64,000 nucleotides of DNA from an uncultured Bacilli bacterium (GTDB lineage: Bacteria; Bacillota_I; Bacilli_A; RF39; UBA660), in the NCBI GenBank assembly GCA_934089275.1, contig CAKOJJ010000002.1, positions 10,732 to 74,731 of the forward strand, given 5' to 3'. The notes beneath the pieces were generated by a model. That model was given only the letters and a program-made list of their open reading frames with translations, did no database searches and was not told the origin of the DNA. The position numbers and the translations under genes are program-made. Positions 29,703-37,468 of the stretch are shown here, one piece after another (the first letter of the stretch is position 1; the number at the start of each line of letters is the position of its first letter).

Positions 29703-29906
29703 ATGGAATTTGTAATAAAGCCAAGAAATAAAATCGAATATAAAACTCGTAAAAAATTACTTAAAGGAAAATTCTCAGTCAAGAATATTTCCATTAGTAT
29801 TACCTCAGATGATCCATCTGATTTATCTATATTAGCAATGCACAAAAATCTTATTGAAAAAGCAATCGTTGATAAAATAAACAAAGAATTTTACTTTAAT
29901 GATTAG
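29703..29906 (+). CDS. hypothetical small protein (accessory cassette gene 1)
   Basis: Start at MEFVIK, behind AAAGGAGGAAAAA. The ORF-track GTG start at 29667 lies inside the promoter block. Confidence 0.5.
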   Translation: MEFVIKPRNKIEYKTRKKLLKGKFSVKNISISITSDDPSDLSILAMHKNLIEKAIVDKINKEFYFND

Positions 29907-29929
29907 TCTACCAAACTAAGCAAAATATT
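29903..29929 (+). repeat. copy A of the 27-nt element TTAGTCTACCAAACTAAGCAAAATATT
   Basis: Exact reverse-complement identity to 62367-62393. It begins at the stop codon of gene 1. Confidence 0.9.
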
Positions 29930-29950
29930 TTATATAGAAAGGATTAAAAA

Positions 29951-30205
29951 ATGAATAAACGTCAAATCGAATTATTAAATTTTGTTGGTTTCCAAGTTGA
30001 TGGAGATAATATCAAATGGAAAAACAATTCACTTGCTTCTATTTTCTTTGATAAAAATTCTGGATTATTTAGCATAAAAGTACAAGAACATAATTTCGCC
30101 CCTGGAGATTATAACTCTATTGAATATCTTTCCATTGATTTAAATCATATGTTAGGGTTAGTTTATGAATTAAATTCTATTAAGGAGGTATCTAATGAAA
30201 ACTAA
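29951..30205 (+). CDS. hypothetical protein (accessory cassette gene 2)
   Basis: 84-aa ORF with RBS AAAGGA; no family recognised. Confidence 0.5.
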   Translation: MNKRQIELLNFVGFQVDGDNIKWKNNSLASIFFDKNSGLFSIKVQEHNFAPGDYNSIEYLSIDLNHMLGLVYELNSIKEVSNEN

Positions 30206-30539
30206 ATATGTTATAAAAGGGTTAGTTGATGATTCTTCTTCAAAAGGAACTGTTGCATATTTTACAAGAGTTGAAGAACAAATTATATGGAACAATAAAC
30301 CATTTGATGTCCGTGTCTGCTCTGAAGTAATTGAAGGTGCTACATTTTACGACTCATACCAAGATGCTTTAGATACTATCAAGGAATATAGTTTACACAA
30401 TTTTAAGCCTTATCCTGTATGTCCGATATGTAATAGAGATTATTCTGAACATCCTGCAATTTCTAGAAATGATAACAAAACAGAAATATGTCCTAATTGT
30501 GGAATGCAAGAAGCAATCATTAATTATATAAAAAAATAA
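30195..30539 (+). CDS. hypothetical protein with C-terminal CxxC...CxxC zinc ribbon (accessory cassette gene 3)
   Basis: Overlaps gene 2 by 11 nt, RBS AAGGAGG. C-terminus CPICNRDYSEHPAISRNDNKTEICPNCG. Confidence 0.55.
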   Translation: MKTKYVIKGLVDDSSSKGTVAYFTRVEEQIIWNNKPFDVRVCSEVIEGATFYDSYQDALDTIKEYSLHNFKPYPVCPICNRDYSEHPAISRNDNKTEICPNCGMQEAIINYIKK

Positions 30540-30559
30540 GGATACGATTATGTATCCTT
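30538..30559. terminator. bidirectional terminator between convergent operons
   Basis: AAGGATAC-gattat-GTATCCTT. It sits between the stop of gene 3 (30537-30539) and the stop of the REase (30560-30562). Confidence 0.55.
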
Positions 30560-32353
30560 TTATGCTATCTGCATTTTCCAATTATTAATAACTTCTTTGG
30601 TTTTTTCACTCCAAATTTTAAAATCTTTAGAATTAAAAGCCACTTTATGTATTTCAACTAATAATTCAACCAGATTACCTATTTTTATATTATGATTATA
30701 AATAAATTTAATTATATCCTGATATTGAACAATAGTTAATGGAACTACTGGAACAGGTTTTCCAACCCAGCTTTCTCTATTTAAAACAAAGAATTGCCAA
30801 TTCGTTCTAATATTTATAGATGTTGATATAAACAAGCCTAACACATCTTTTTCTTGATAAGCATCAATAAAACTTAAAACATGATCTATTACACTTGATG
30901 CTTCATGTTCCCATTGTCTGACTCCTGTCATCAATGATACTTCTGGTAAAACAACATAATTTTCATAATACAATTCCATATCTGGTGTGTTTCCTACACC
31001 TGGTGCAAAACTTTTTGGTGTTAAGTCCTCTTCCACATTAAAGTTTCTTTTGACCTTCTTTTCCCCGTCAATTGCTAATAAAGATTTCCAAGTGTTTACT
31101 TCTAACCATAGGGCACTCATATCTTCATTTCCTAATATATCTTCATATTTATCCAAAATTTCATTTCTTGCCTTTGTAGTTTTAGCAATAAATTCGATAT
31201 ATTTTTTTTCATTCAATCCTGTTATATAATCAACAGTTTCTTTTTCTATAATTTTTATTGCAGTATCATCATTATTAGCAACTGTACTCAATTTTTTCTT
31301 TAAGGTTGCAACTTGAGTATCTATATTCTCTTTTATTGAAACGTTATAATTATCTTTGATGTTTTCTACAAGAGGAATATTATTTAAGTATTCAATTTTA
31401 TCTACAACAAGTTTTCTTCTTTCAATTGGATTATCCCAAGGTAATGTTGTTGCATTAGGATTTCCATACCACTCCATATATTCATCAATTGAAGAAAACT
31501 GAGTTGTTTTAAATTCATAAGTGTTAAGTAATAAATCAACTTTCGATTTTGAATAATCATTTACTCTTACCTTTGTAGCATAACTTCTTCCTGATAAATT
31601 AAATAAGCCTGTATATACAAGACTTCTACAAAAAGCTTCTGCATAATCATAATATGAACCTATTTGATTATCAATGCTACCATATGCATCAATAAATGTT
31701 TTCTCACATATACTTTTAACCATTCCAGTATCATTTTTGTTTGAAAGAGCATTATATCTTTCCCTAAATAATGATATTGCCTTGTACATTTTTTCCATTT
31801 GACATCTTTTAGTACATCCAAACAAAAATACTATCTCACTTCTATTTAAAAAACCAAATTTATTTATGGCTTTTAATAATAACTCCATTGGAAATATTCC
31901 ATCATTTTCATCTAAATCTGATTTTGTTGAAACTTTATTAGGAAAGTATAACTTTAACAATTGTTTTAAAAAATCTTCTGCATCAAATGTATCATTTAAA
32001 ATCAAATTCCCTACTTTAGTATTGTGAATTATTCCTCTATCATCAACATAACCAAAGCCAAAAAATTCAAATGATATCTTATCGTTTCTACCATTGCTTT
32101 CAGTTTCTTTTACATCATAATTTCCTGTTACATATTGACTATAATTTAACGAACTTAAAAAAGTATCTTCTTCACGATGAGCATTATATATGTATTCTCT
32201 TCTAATAGGCATCACTTTTCTTTTTGTAAATTTACTTTCGTGATCTTCATCTTTTTCGTTCCAGTTCTTGCCATCTAGTTTACCAAATTCTTTATACCAT
32301 TGTACTGTTTTGATTATACTTCTTGGCTTTGTTCTCCACCACCAACTTGCCAT
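30560..32353 (-). CDS. type IIS restriction endonuclease, AlwI family-like (AlwI/MlyI/PleI/N.BstNBI group)
   Basis: The C-terminal catalytic region GNTPDMELYYENYVVLPEVSLMTG...EASSVIDH and CRSLVYTGLF resemble, from memory, N.BstNBI GNQPDMEIIYEDFIVLGEVTTSKG and RYFRYTGLF. It lies immediately downstream of a DNA MTase. Confidence 0.55.
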   Translation of the reverse strand: MASWWWRTKPRSIIKTVQWYKEFGKLDGKNWNEKDEDHESKFTKRKVMPIRREYIYNAHREEDTFLSSLNYSQYVTGNYDVKETESNGRNDKISFEFFGFGYVDDRGIIHNTKVGNLILNDTFDAEDFLKQLLKLYFPNKVSTKSDLDENDGIFPMELLLKAINKFGFLNRSEIVFLFGCTKRCQMEKMYKAISLFRERYNALSNKNDTGMVKSICEKTFIDAYGSIDNQIGSYYDYAEAFCRSLVYTGLFNLSGRSYATKVRVNDYSKSKVDLLLNTYEFKTTQFSSIDEYMEWYGNPNATTLPWDNPIERRKLVVDKIEYLNNIPLVENIKDNYNVSIKENIDTQVATLKKKLSTVANNDDTAIKIIEKETVDYITGLNEKKYIEFIAKTTKARNEILDKYEDILGNEDMSALWLEVNTWKSLLAIDGEKKVKRNFNVEEDLTPKSFAPGVGNTPDMELYYENYVVLPEVSLMTGVRQWEHEASSVIDHVLSFIDAYQEKDVLGLFISTSINIRTNWQFFVLNRESWVGKPVPVVPLTIVQYQDIIKFIYNHNIKIGNLVELLVEIHKVAFNSKDFKIWSEKTKEVINNWKMQIA

Positions 32354-32364
32354 ATTTTCATCTC

Positions 32365-33507
32365 CTAAAATTCATAATTTGTTATTATTAAGTGTTCAAC
32401 TTTTTTATCATTTCTATTTTTTATACTTACTAAATATTTCTTGTCAAATGATTTAATGTAAAATCCATTTTTATTATATAGATCATATATAAAATCTGTA
32501 TTTTTAATTATAAGCATAAATTTAGCCTTAGTATGATTTAAGTAATTTGCTAATCTAATTTGATCCTGCTTTCCAAATTCATTATTAGCATATGTTGAAA
32601 ATTCAGTATCATATGGTGGATCTAAAAACATAAAATCATTTTCATTTAAATCTATTTTTTCGCAAAATTCTTCGAAGTCTAAATTATATATTTGAGTATT
32701 TCGTAAATAATTACGGAGTTCATCTGAATTTAAATGTTTAATTTTTTTGCCAAAGTCTTTTCTATTATAACTGATTCCCCCATAAGGAACATTAAATTTT
32801 CCACTTGCATTATATCTAAACATTGATGCATAACAATATTCTCTTATAAAATAGAATATTGCACAATAAAATTCATTATCTATACCTAATTCTTTTCTGT
32901 TATTATACAAATATCTAAAATGCATATAATACGCACTTTTTAGAGCACACTCAATATTTTCTAACACATTATCATCTTTCATTTTTTCTCTTTTTGCTTC
33001 TATTTTTTGCATTCTTTCAATTTTTGATGATAAATTTCTTTTAACCTCATTAATAAAATTGTCTATGTTAATATTAAAATGTTCAGTTAATAACCCATTA
33101 AATTCCTTTGAATGCTCAAAAACAAACTCATATATTTTATCTTTTAAATTTGTTGATAATTTTTTTCTATTTTCTTCAATTTGACAGTCTTTCGAATATG
33201 ATAAATATATATTTAGTAATTCGTTACTGTTATTTTGAACTATTTTTTCTAATAGTTTCCAGTTTTTATTTATTTCATTTAATTTATTAATAAATTTCTT
33301 ATTTCCTGCCTTTATTAAATTATACAATAATATGAGTTCATCTGATTTATCATTTATAATTGAGTTTTTACAATTAACATTAAGATATACGGAACCTCCA
33401 CCAACAAATGGCTCTATATATCTATCATAACTTTCGGGCATATTTTCTAAAATTATAGGTAATTCCTTTTCTTTACCACCTGCCCATTTTATAAATGATT
33501 TTTCCAT
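32365..33507 (-). CDS. Dam-family (D12 class) N6-adenine DNA methyltransferase with a large internal insertion
   Basis: FIKWAGGKEKE, EPFVGGGSV (SAM motif) and FLDPPY (catalytic). 380 aa, versus the roughly 270-290 aa I recall for typical Dam. Confidence 0.85.
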   Translation of the reverse strand: MEKSFIKWAGGKEKELPIILENMPESYDRYIEPFVGGGSVYLNVNCKNSIINDKSDELILLYNLIKAGNKKFINKLNEINKNWKLLEKIVQNNSNELLNIYLSYSKDCQIEENRKKLSTNLKDKIYEFVFEHSKEFNGLLTEHFNINIDNFINEVKRNLSSKIERMQKIEAKREKMKDDNVLENIECALKSAYYMHFRYLYNNRKELGIDNEFYCAIFYFIREYCYASMFRYNASGKFNVPYGGISYNRKDFGKKIKHLNSDELRNYLRNTQIYNLDFEEFCEKIDLNENDFMFLDPPYDTEFSTYANNEFGKQDQIRLANYLNHTKAKFMLIIKNTDFIYDLYNKNGFYIKSFDKKYLVSIKNRNDKKVEHLIITNYEF

Positions 33508-33538
33508 ATGAACCTCCTCCTAGTTTTTTCTTAATACA

Positions 33539-33547
33539 ATTATACCA
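33539..33547 (-). promoter_or_regulatory. extended -10 (TGgTATAAT) for the R-M operon
   Basis: Minus strand reads TGTGTGGTATAATTG, about 30 nt upstream of the MTase RBS GGAGGAGG. Confidence 0.45.
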
Positions 33548-33589
33548 CACAAATTTAGAATAGCTATTCATTTGATATAAATTTCAACT

Positions 33590-33616
33590 AAAAAAGACTA
33601 CAATTTGTAGTTTTTT
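33590..33616. terminator. bidirectional terminator-like hairpin insulating the R-M operon
   Basis: AAAAAAG-ACTACAA-t-TTGTAGT-TTTTT. Confidence 0.4.
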
Positions 33617-33672
33617 GTAATTATATCATAAAAAATTTTTTTTCAAAAGATTATGACAAAATTTTTTTAATT

Positions 33673-33705
33673 ACTTGACTTATTTATTTTTTTAAGTGAT
33701 TAATA
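33673..33705 (+). promoter_or_regulatory. promoter-like block P2 (ACTTGACTT-N11-TAAGTGATTAATA)
   Basis: Same 9-mer and 13-mer, with the same spacing, as 29644-29676. Confidence 0.5.
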
Positions 33706-33728
33706 CTATCAAACTGGAGGTGATTTCA

Positions 33729-34055
33729 ATGTTTAGGAAGTCTAATGGAGACATTACAGATGAGGAATTTGAAAAAATTATAATTCCATTAAACAAAAAT
33801 GTTAATGACTATATTTTAAAATACATATTATATGATTTTGTTGCTTTTTATATTGCTTCAGGTTACGAACGAAATGTATTTTCAAAAACCACACTAAAAA
33901 CAGAGTTCAATACTGCTGTTGAAGTTCTAGGAGACTGCAATAGTGATCAGTGTTTTGATTCAAAAAAAATAGCCGATATATTGCAAACTAAATTTTCTCT
34001 TAAAATAGTTTCAGAAAAGCCTTTAAAATTGGAAAAAATAGAATATAAACTATAA
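33729..34055 (+). CDS. hypothetical protein
   Basis: Start at MFRKSNG behind GGAGGTG; 108 aa; no family recognised. Confidence 0.5.
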   Translation: MFRKSNGDITDEEFEKIIIPLNKNVNDYILKYILYDFVAFYIASGYERNVFSKTTLKTEFNTAVEVLGDCNSDQCFDSKKIADILQTKFSLKIVSEKPLKLEKIEYKL

Positions 34056-34058
34056 AAA

Positions 34059-34082
34059 ATGAGAGATTAACTTATCTCTCAT
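34059..34082. terminator. bidirectional terminator between convergent genes
   Basis: ATGAGAGAT-taactt-ATCTCTCAT, a perfect 9-bp stem. Confidence 0.55.
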
Positions 34083-34312
34083 TCCTCAAAAAATTTGTCT
34101 ATTCTCACGCCAAGAACCACTGATATTTTGTATAAAGTAATTAATGAAATATTATTTCTGTCATTTTCAGCTTCTATTCGCTTTAAATGGTCTGGTGTTA
34201 CATCAATTGCTTCTGCTAAATCCATTAAACGAACTTTTTTAGCATTACGATATTTTTTGATGTTTTGACAAATTATTGATTTAATGTTCTTATTGAACTC
34301 ATATTCATTCAT
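34079..34312 (-). CDS. XRE-family HTH transcriptional regulator
   Basis: NIKKYRNAKKVRLMDLAEAIDVTPDHLKRIEAE; 77 aa. Confidence 0.75.
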   Translation of the reverse strand: MNEYEFNKNIKSIICQNIKKYRNAKKVRLMDLAEAIDVTPDHLKRIEAENDRNNISLITLYKISVVLGVRIDKFFEE

Positions 34313-34452
34313 CTAACATCACCCTATAAATATTATTCCATTTATTTTCTAAAAAATAAGCGACCTTTCGTGCCAATTTTCCGTTTATGTGTTATAATGA
34401 ATTAAAGCTAATTTTTACTACAAAAAGTCAAAATATTATACGGAGGTGTAAA

Positions 34453-34767
34453 ATGGACAAACAAAATTCGAATTTAGAAATTGCACATAAATTCATTCAA
34501 CTAATGGAATATAAATCATTAGAAGAATCAAAGCTTTTTATTAAACATTATGAACAAAGAATAAAATATAAGTCTGAATTATTAGCTATTTTAGAGGATG
34601 AAGAACCTCCTAAATTCTTCAAAAAAGCTCATCAAAAATGGATAGATGAGAAAAAACAACTTGAAGATGAACTTGAAGATGCTTATCAAAAATTATATGA
34701 AGAGCACACTTTTGCAGGAGAACTAATGATTAGTTTAGCAAAAGAAAAAAGCCCAGCACTTAATTGA
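34453..34767 (+). CDS. hypothetical coiled-coil protein
   Basis: Start at MDKQNSN behind GGAGGTG. A perfect extended -10 TGtTATAAT lies at about 34391-34399. Divergent from the XRE gene. Confidence 0.5.
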   Translation: MDKQNSNLEIAHKFIQLMEYKSLEESKLFIKHYEQRIKYKSELLAILEDEEPPKFFKKAHQKWIDEKKQLEDELEDAYQKLYEEHTFAGELMISLAKEKSPALN

Positions 34768-34787
34768 TGCTAGGCTATTTTTTATTT
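34750..34787. terminator. bidirectional terminator (end of lysis module / end of 34453 gene)
   Basis: AGCCCAGCA-loop-TGCTAGGCT (one mismatch), followed by ATTTTTTATTTT. Confidence 0.5.
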
Positions 34788-35777
34788 TATAGTAAGTTTT
34801 TGTCCTGGATATATAAGGTTTGGATTTGCTATTCCATTATCATTTGCTATCTTCTGATATGTAGTTCCATACTTCTTGGCAATAGCAGACAATGTATCTC
34901 CTTTTTTTACTATGTAGGTTTGATAATTTTGTGTATTAGATGTTCCACTTATTTTAATAACTTGTCCTACATAAATCAAGTTAGGATTAGAAATATTATT
35001 TATCCTTGCCAACTCTTGATATGTTGTGCCATATCTATTTGCTATGCCACTTAATGTATCTCCTGCTACTATAGTATATGTAGTTTCGGATATTTGTGGA
35101 GTGGATGGTTGACTTGGTTCTGATGGTGATTCAGCATTATTATTCTTCTCATACCCATTTAATCCTGTATTTTTTATTATTGTAGGGTAATCCTTATAAG
35201 CATAGTCTGTATCAATTCTCATACCACTAATACTTCCATTTGATGAATTTTGCCACATACCATATTCTCCATAATTAAAATTAGGTTTAGAATTAGACCA
35301 TACTGCCAACCATTTATCATATCTTGATAAACTAGCTGTATCAATGTAATTATTAAAATAGTTACTATTAGCATAAATGCTTACATAGTAACCTTTATTT
35401 TCAAGATATTCGCAAAAACCTTTAATCGCTTCTGCCATTTTACTTTTACCAACTCTTTGATGTCTATCTTCTTCAACATCTATACAAATTGGATATTCAA
35501 ATTGCTTTCCTTTCAAGCAATTTTTATACATATATTCCGCTTCTGCTTTTCCTTTATCATATGTATTTGCACAACTATACCAATATGCTCCAACAGGTAT
35601 CCCTTTAGATTTTGCTTGATTATAAAAATCTTCAAAGCAAGAATCTTTGTTATAACTTACTCCTGTTCCCCATCCAGTAAATCCTGCTCTTAATATTACA
35701 AATTCTGCACTTGCTTTTATATTATCAAAATTAATTCCTTTTTGATATGATGATATATCTATTCCTTTTCTTTCCAT
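34782..35777 (-). CDS. endolysin: GH25 muramidase + two LysM domains
   Basis: [17 protein letters not shown]...VILRAG (GH25), a Pro/Ser linker and two LysM repeats ([34 protein letters not shown]). Start at MERKG behind GGAGGAAAA. Confidence 0.9.
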   Translation of the reverse strand: MERKGIDISSYQKGINFDNIKASAEFVILRAGFTGWGTGVSYNKDSCFEDFYNQAKSKGIPVGAYWYSCANTYDKGKAEAEYMYKNCLKGKQFEYPICIDVEEDRHQRVGKSKMAEAIKGFCEYLENKGYYVSIYANSNYFNNYIDTASLSRYDKWLAVWSNSKPNFNYGEYGMWQNSSNGSISGMRIDTDYAYKDYPTIIKNTGLNGYEKNNNAESPSEPSQPSTPQISETTYTIVAGDTLSGIANRYGTTYQELARINNISNPNLIYVGQVIKISGTSNTQNYQTYIVKKGDTLSAIAKKYGTTYQKIANDNGIANPNLIYPGQKLTIK

Positions 35778-35778
35778 A

Positions 35779-36174
35779 TTATTTTCCTCCATTATCTTTC
35801 TTTAATTGTTCTAATACTTCCATTACTTTTTCTGGTAATGGCAATCCCATAGACCCCCAGTTTTCAAGAATTGAGATTCCTTCGTTTGCTACAAAAAAGT
35901 AGATTACAAGATTTCTAATTGCTCCAGTATCTCCAACTATTTGATCCAATTGAACTGATACAGCAACTATAATCAAGTAACCTACTTTCTTTATTATTCC
36001 CTTTGCACCAATCTTACTATTTATCTTCTTATTGGCTATTGCATCACAGACACCTGTTAAATAATCAAGTGCAATGATTATTAGCAATGTTTTCAATGCC
36101 ATATCCCAACCTCCTAAAAAATAAAGCACAGTTGTCAGAACTGTACTTGTAAAAAAATTAAAAATATATTTCAT
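35779..36174 (-). CDS. holin (phage_holin_4_1 / toxin-secretion holin type)
   Basis: Three TM segments and the LDYLTGV motif. It lies immediately upstream of the endolysin. Start at MKYIF behind AGGAGGG. Confidence 0.8.
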   Translation of the reverse strand: MKYIFNFFTSTVLTTVLYFLGGWDMALKTLLIIIALDYLTGVCDAIANKKINSKIGAKGIIKKVGYLIIVAVSVQLDQIVGDTGAIRNLVIYFFVANEGISILENWGSMGLPLPEKVMEVLEQLKKDNGGK

Positions 36175-36185
36175 TATTTTCCCTC

Positions 36186-36596
36186 CTATTTTGTTCTTTT
36201 CCACATATATACTGCTAAGTATGGTGGCATATTGCTAAATTCCTTCGAATTTGCAAATCCTCCATCATTCAAACATATATTAGCCCAAGTATTTGTTATA
36301 CCTGTGTTACATCCACATCCATATTTTGTTCCACTAACTGATTGTCGAACCATAGCTCTCGAAGGTAAGTTTGCTTCTGATAATTTTGTTGTTGCATTGC
36401 CCCCTTGAGTTGCATTCTTATATGTATTTCCACAAGCTAATAAAAACTTATCTTTTATTTGTTCCCATGTTCCACCAAAAAAAGTTGATGGATTTATTTC
36501 AGTAACTGATATATATACACTACCTACTGGATAATATGGGCAAGGATAAATGTAATCATTATCTTTATTTTTAAACTTAATTGCTTTATTTCCCAT
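36186..36596 (-). CDS. tail-tip / baseplate fibre-like protein, paralog of 36983..37459
   Basis: Shares the N-terminus NKAIKFKNK..YPCPYYPVGSVY...FFGGTWEQIKDKFL and the C-terminus PPYLAVYMWKR with the 158-aa ORF. Confidence 0.55.
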   Translation of the reverse strand: MGNKAIKFKNKDNDYIYPCPYYPVGSVYISVTEINPSTFFGGTWEQIKDKFLLACGNTYKNATQGGNATTKLSEANLPSRAMVRQSVSGTKYGCGCNTGITNTWANICLNDGGFANSKEFSNMPPYLAVYMWKRTK

Positions 36597-36605
36597 TACT
36601 ACCTC

Positions 36606-36983
36606 CTAATGCAATTGAGTCCAGCCTTCTGGAACTGTGCTATTAACTCCTCTTCTCAAATAAATTCCTCCTGAAGTATTAAAGAATAATTGCCATAGCC
36701 AACTTGAACTATCTGTTTTTTGCCACGTTCTACCATCATTTGTAAGGACTACTAAAACGCCATAAATTGACGTAGAATAAGGAGCATTTTGCCACCCATT
36801 GCCACCAACACTATAAATTCCTGGTGTATAGTAATCATTAAAATTATTTGATGTTGTAGCTCTATATTCTAATATTTTTCTTCCACTATATTGATTTAAT
36901 ATTGTACTTAATTGTACTTTGTTATGAGTTATAGATGAACTATCTAAATATGTATTATTTTTAAATTTAATTGCTTTACTCAT
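36606..36983 (-). CDS. tail-tip protein with knob-like C-terminal domain
   Basis: Start MSKAIKFKNN overlaps the upstream stop (TAATG). It shares only the KAIKFKN N-terminus with its neighbours. Confidence 0.5.
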   Translation of the reverse strand: MSKAIKFKNNTYLDSSSITHNKVQLSTILNQYSGRKILEYRATTSNNFNDYYTPGIYSVGGNGWQNAPYSTSIYGVLVVLTNDGRTWQKTDSSSWLWQLFFNTSGGIYLRRGVNSTVPEGWTQLH

Positions 36984-37459
36984 TACTCTATTCTCCTCCA
37001 AATATAAACTGCTAAATATGGTGGTAGAGAACTGCTCAAGTCTGTATCTCCTATTGAATATCTAATAGAATCTGTTAATGTTCCACCACTGGATTGATTA
37101 TGTCCAGAATTATAATTATCAGATGAAGTTAGTTCTGTACCATAACTTTTAGAATATCTGCCTTTTTCATAACTCCATGCTCCTTGATTAGCATAATTGT
37201 CACACATAATTTCATAGTAATTCATTCTATGTCCTATTTTAAAGTCATGTCTATGACTTTGGCTTCCACCCATTGTTCCAGCCTTATAAGAGTTACCTGC
37301 TCCAATTAAAAATCGATCTTTTATCAATTCCCATGTTCCTCCAAAATACGTTGACGGATTAACATCATTTAAAGATAAATAAATACTACCTATTGGATAA
37401 TATGAACATGGATAAACTGGTTCATTGTTTTTATTTTTAAACTTTATTGCTTTACTCAT
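36983..37459 (-). CDS. tail-tip / baseplate fibre-like protein
   Basis: MSKAIKFKNKNNEPVYPCSYYPIGSIY...GGTWELIKDRFL...PPYLAVYIWRR. Confidence 0.55.
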   Translation of the reverse strand: MSKAIKFKNKNNEPVYPCSYYPIGSIYLSLNDVNPSTYFGGTWELIKDRFLIGAGNSYKAGTMGGSQSHRHDFKIGHRMNYYEIMCDNYANQGAWSYEKGRYSKSYGTELTSSDNYNSGHNQSSGGTLTDSIRYSIGDTDLSSSLPPYLAVYIWRRIE

Positions 37460-37468
37460 ATGAACCTC

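Noticed and set aside
29612-29884. 90-aa minus-strand ORF antisense to accessory gene 1
   Set aside because: It overlaps a better-supported plus-strand gene and its promoter, has no RBS, and its composition is typical of an AT-rich antisense frame.
34764-35054. 96-aa plus-strand ORF overlapping the endolysin LysM region
   Set aside because: It is antisense to a confidently assigned gene and has a Cys/Ile-rich, low-complexity translation.
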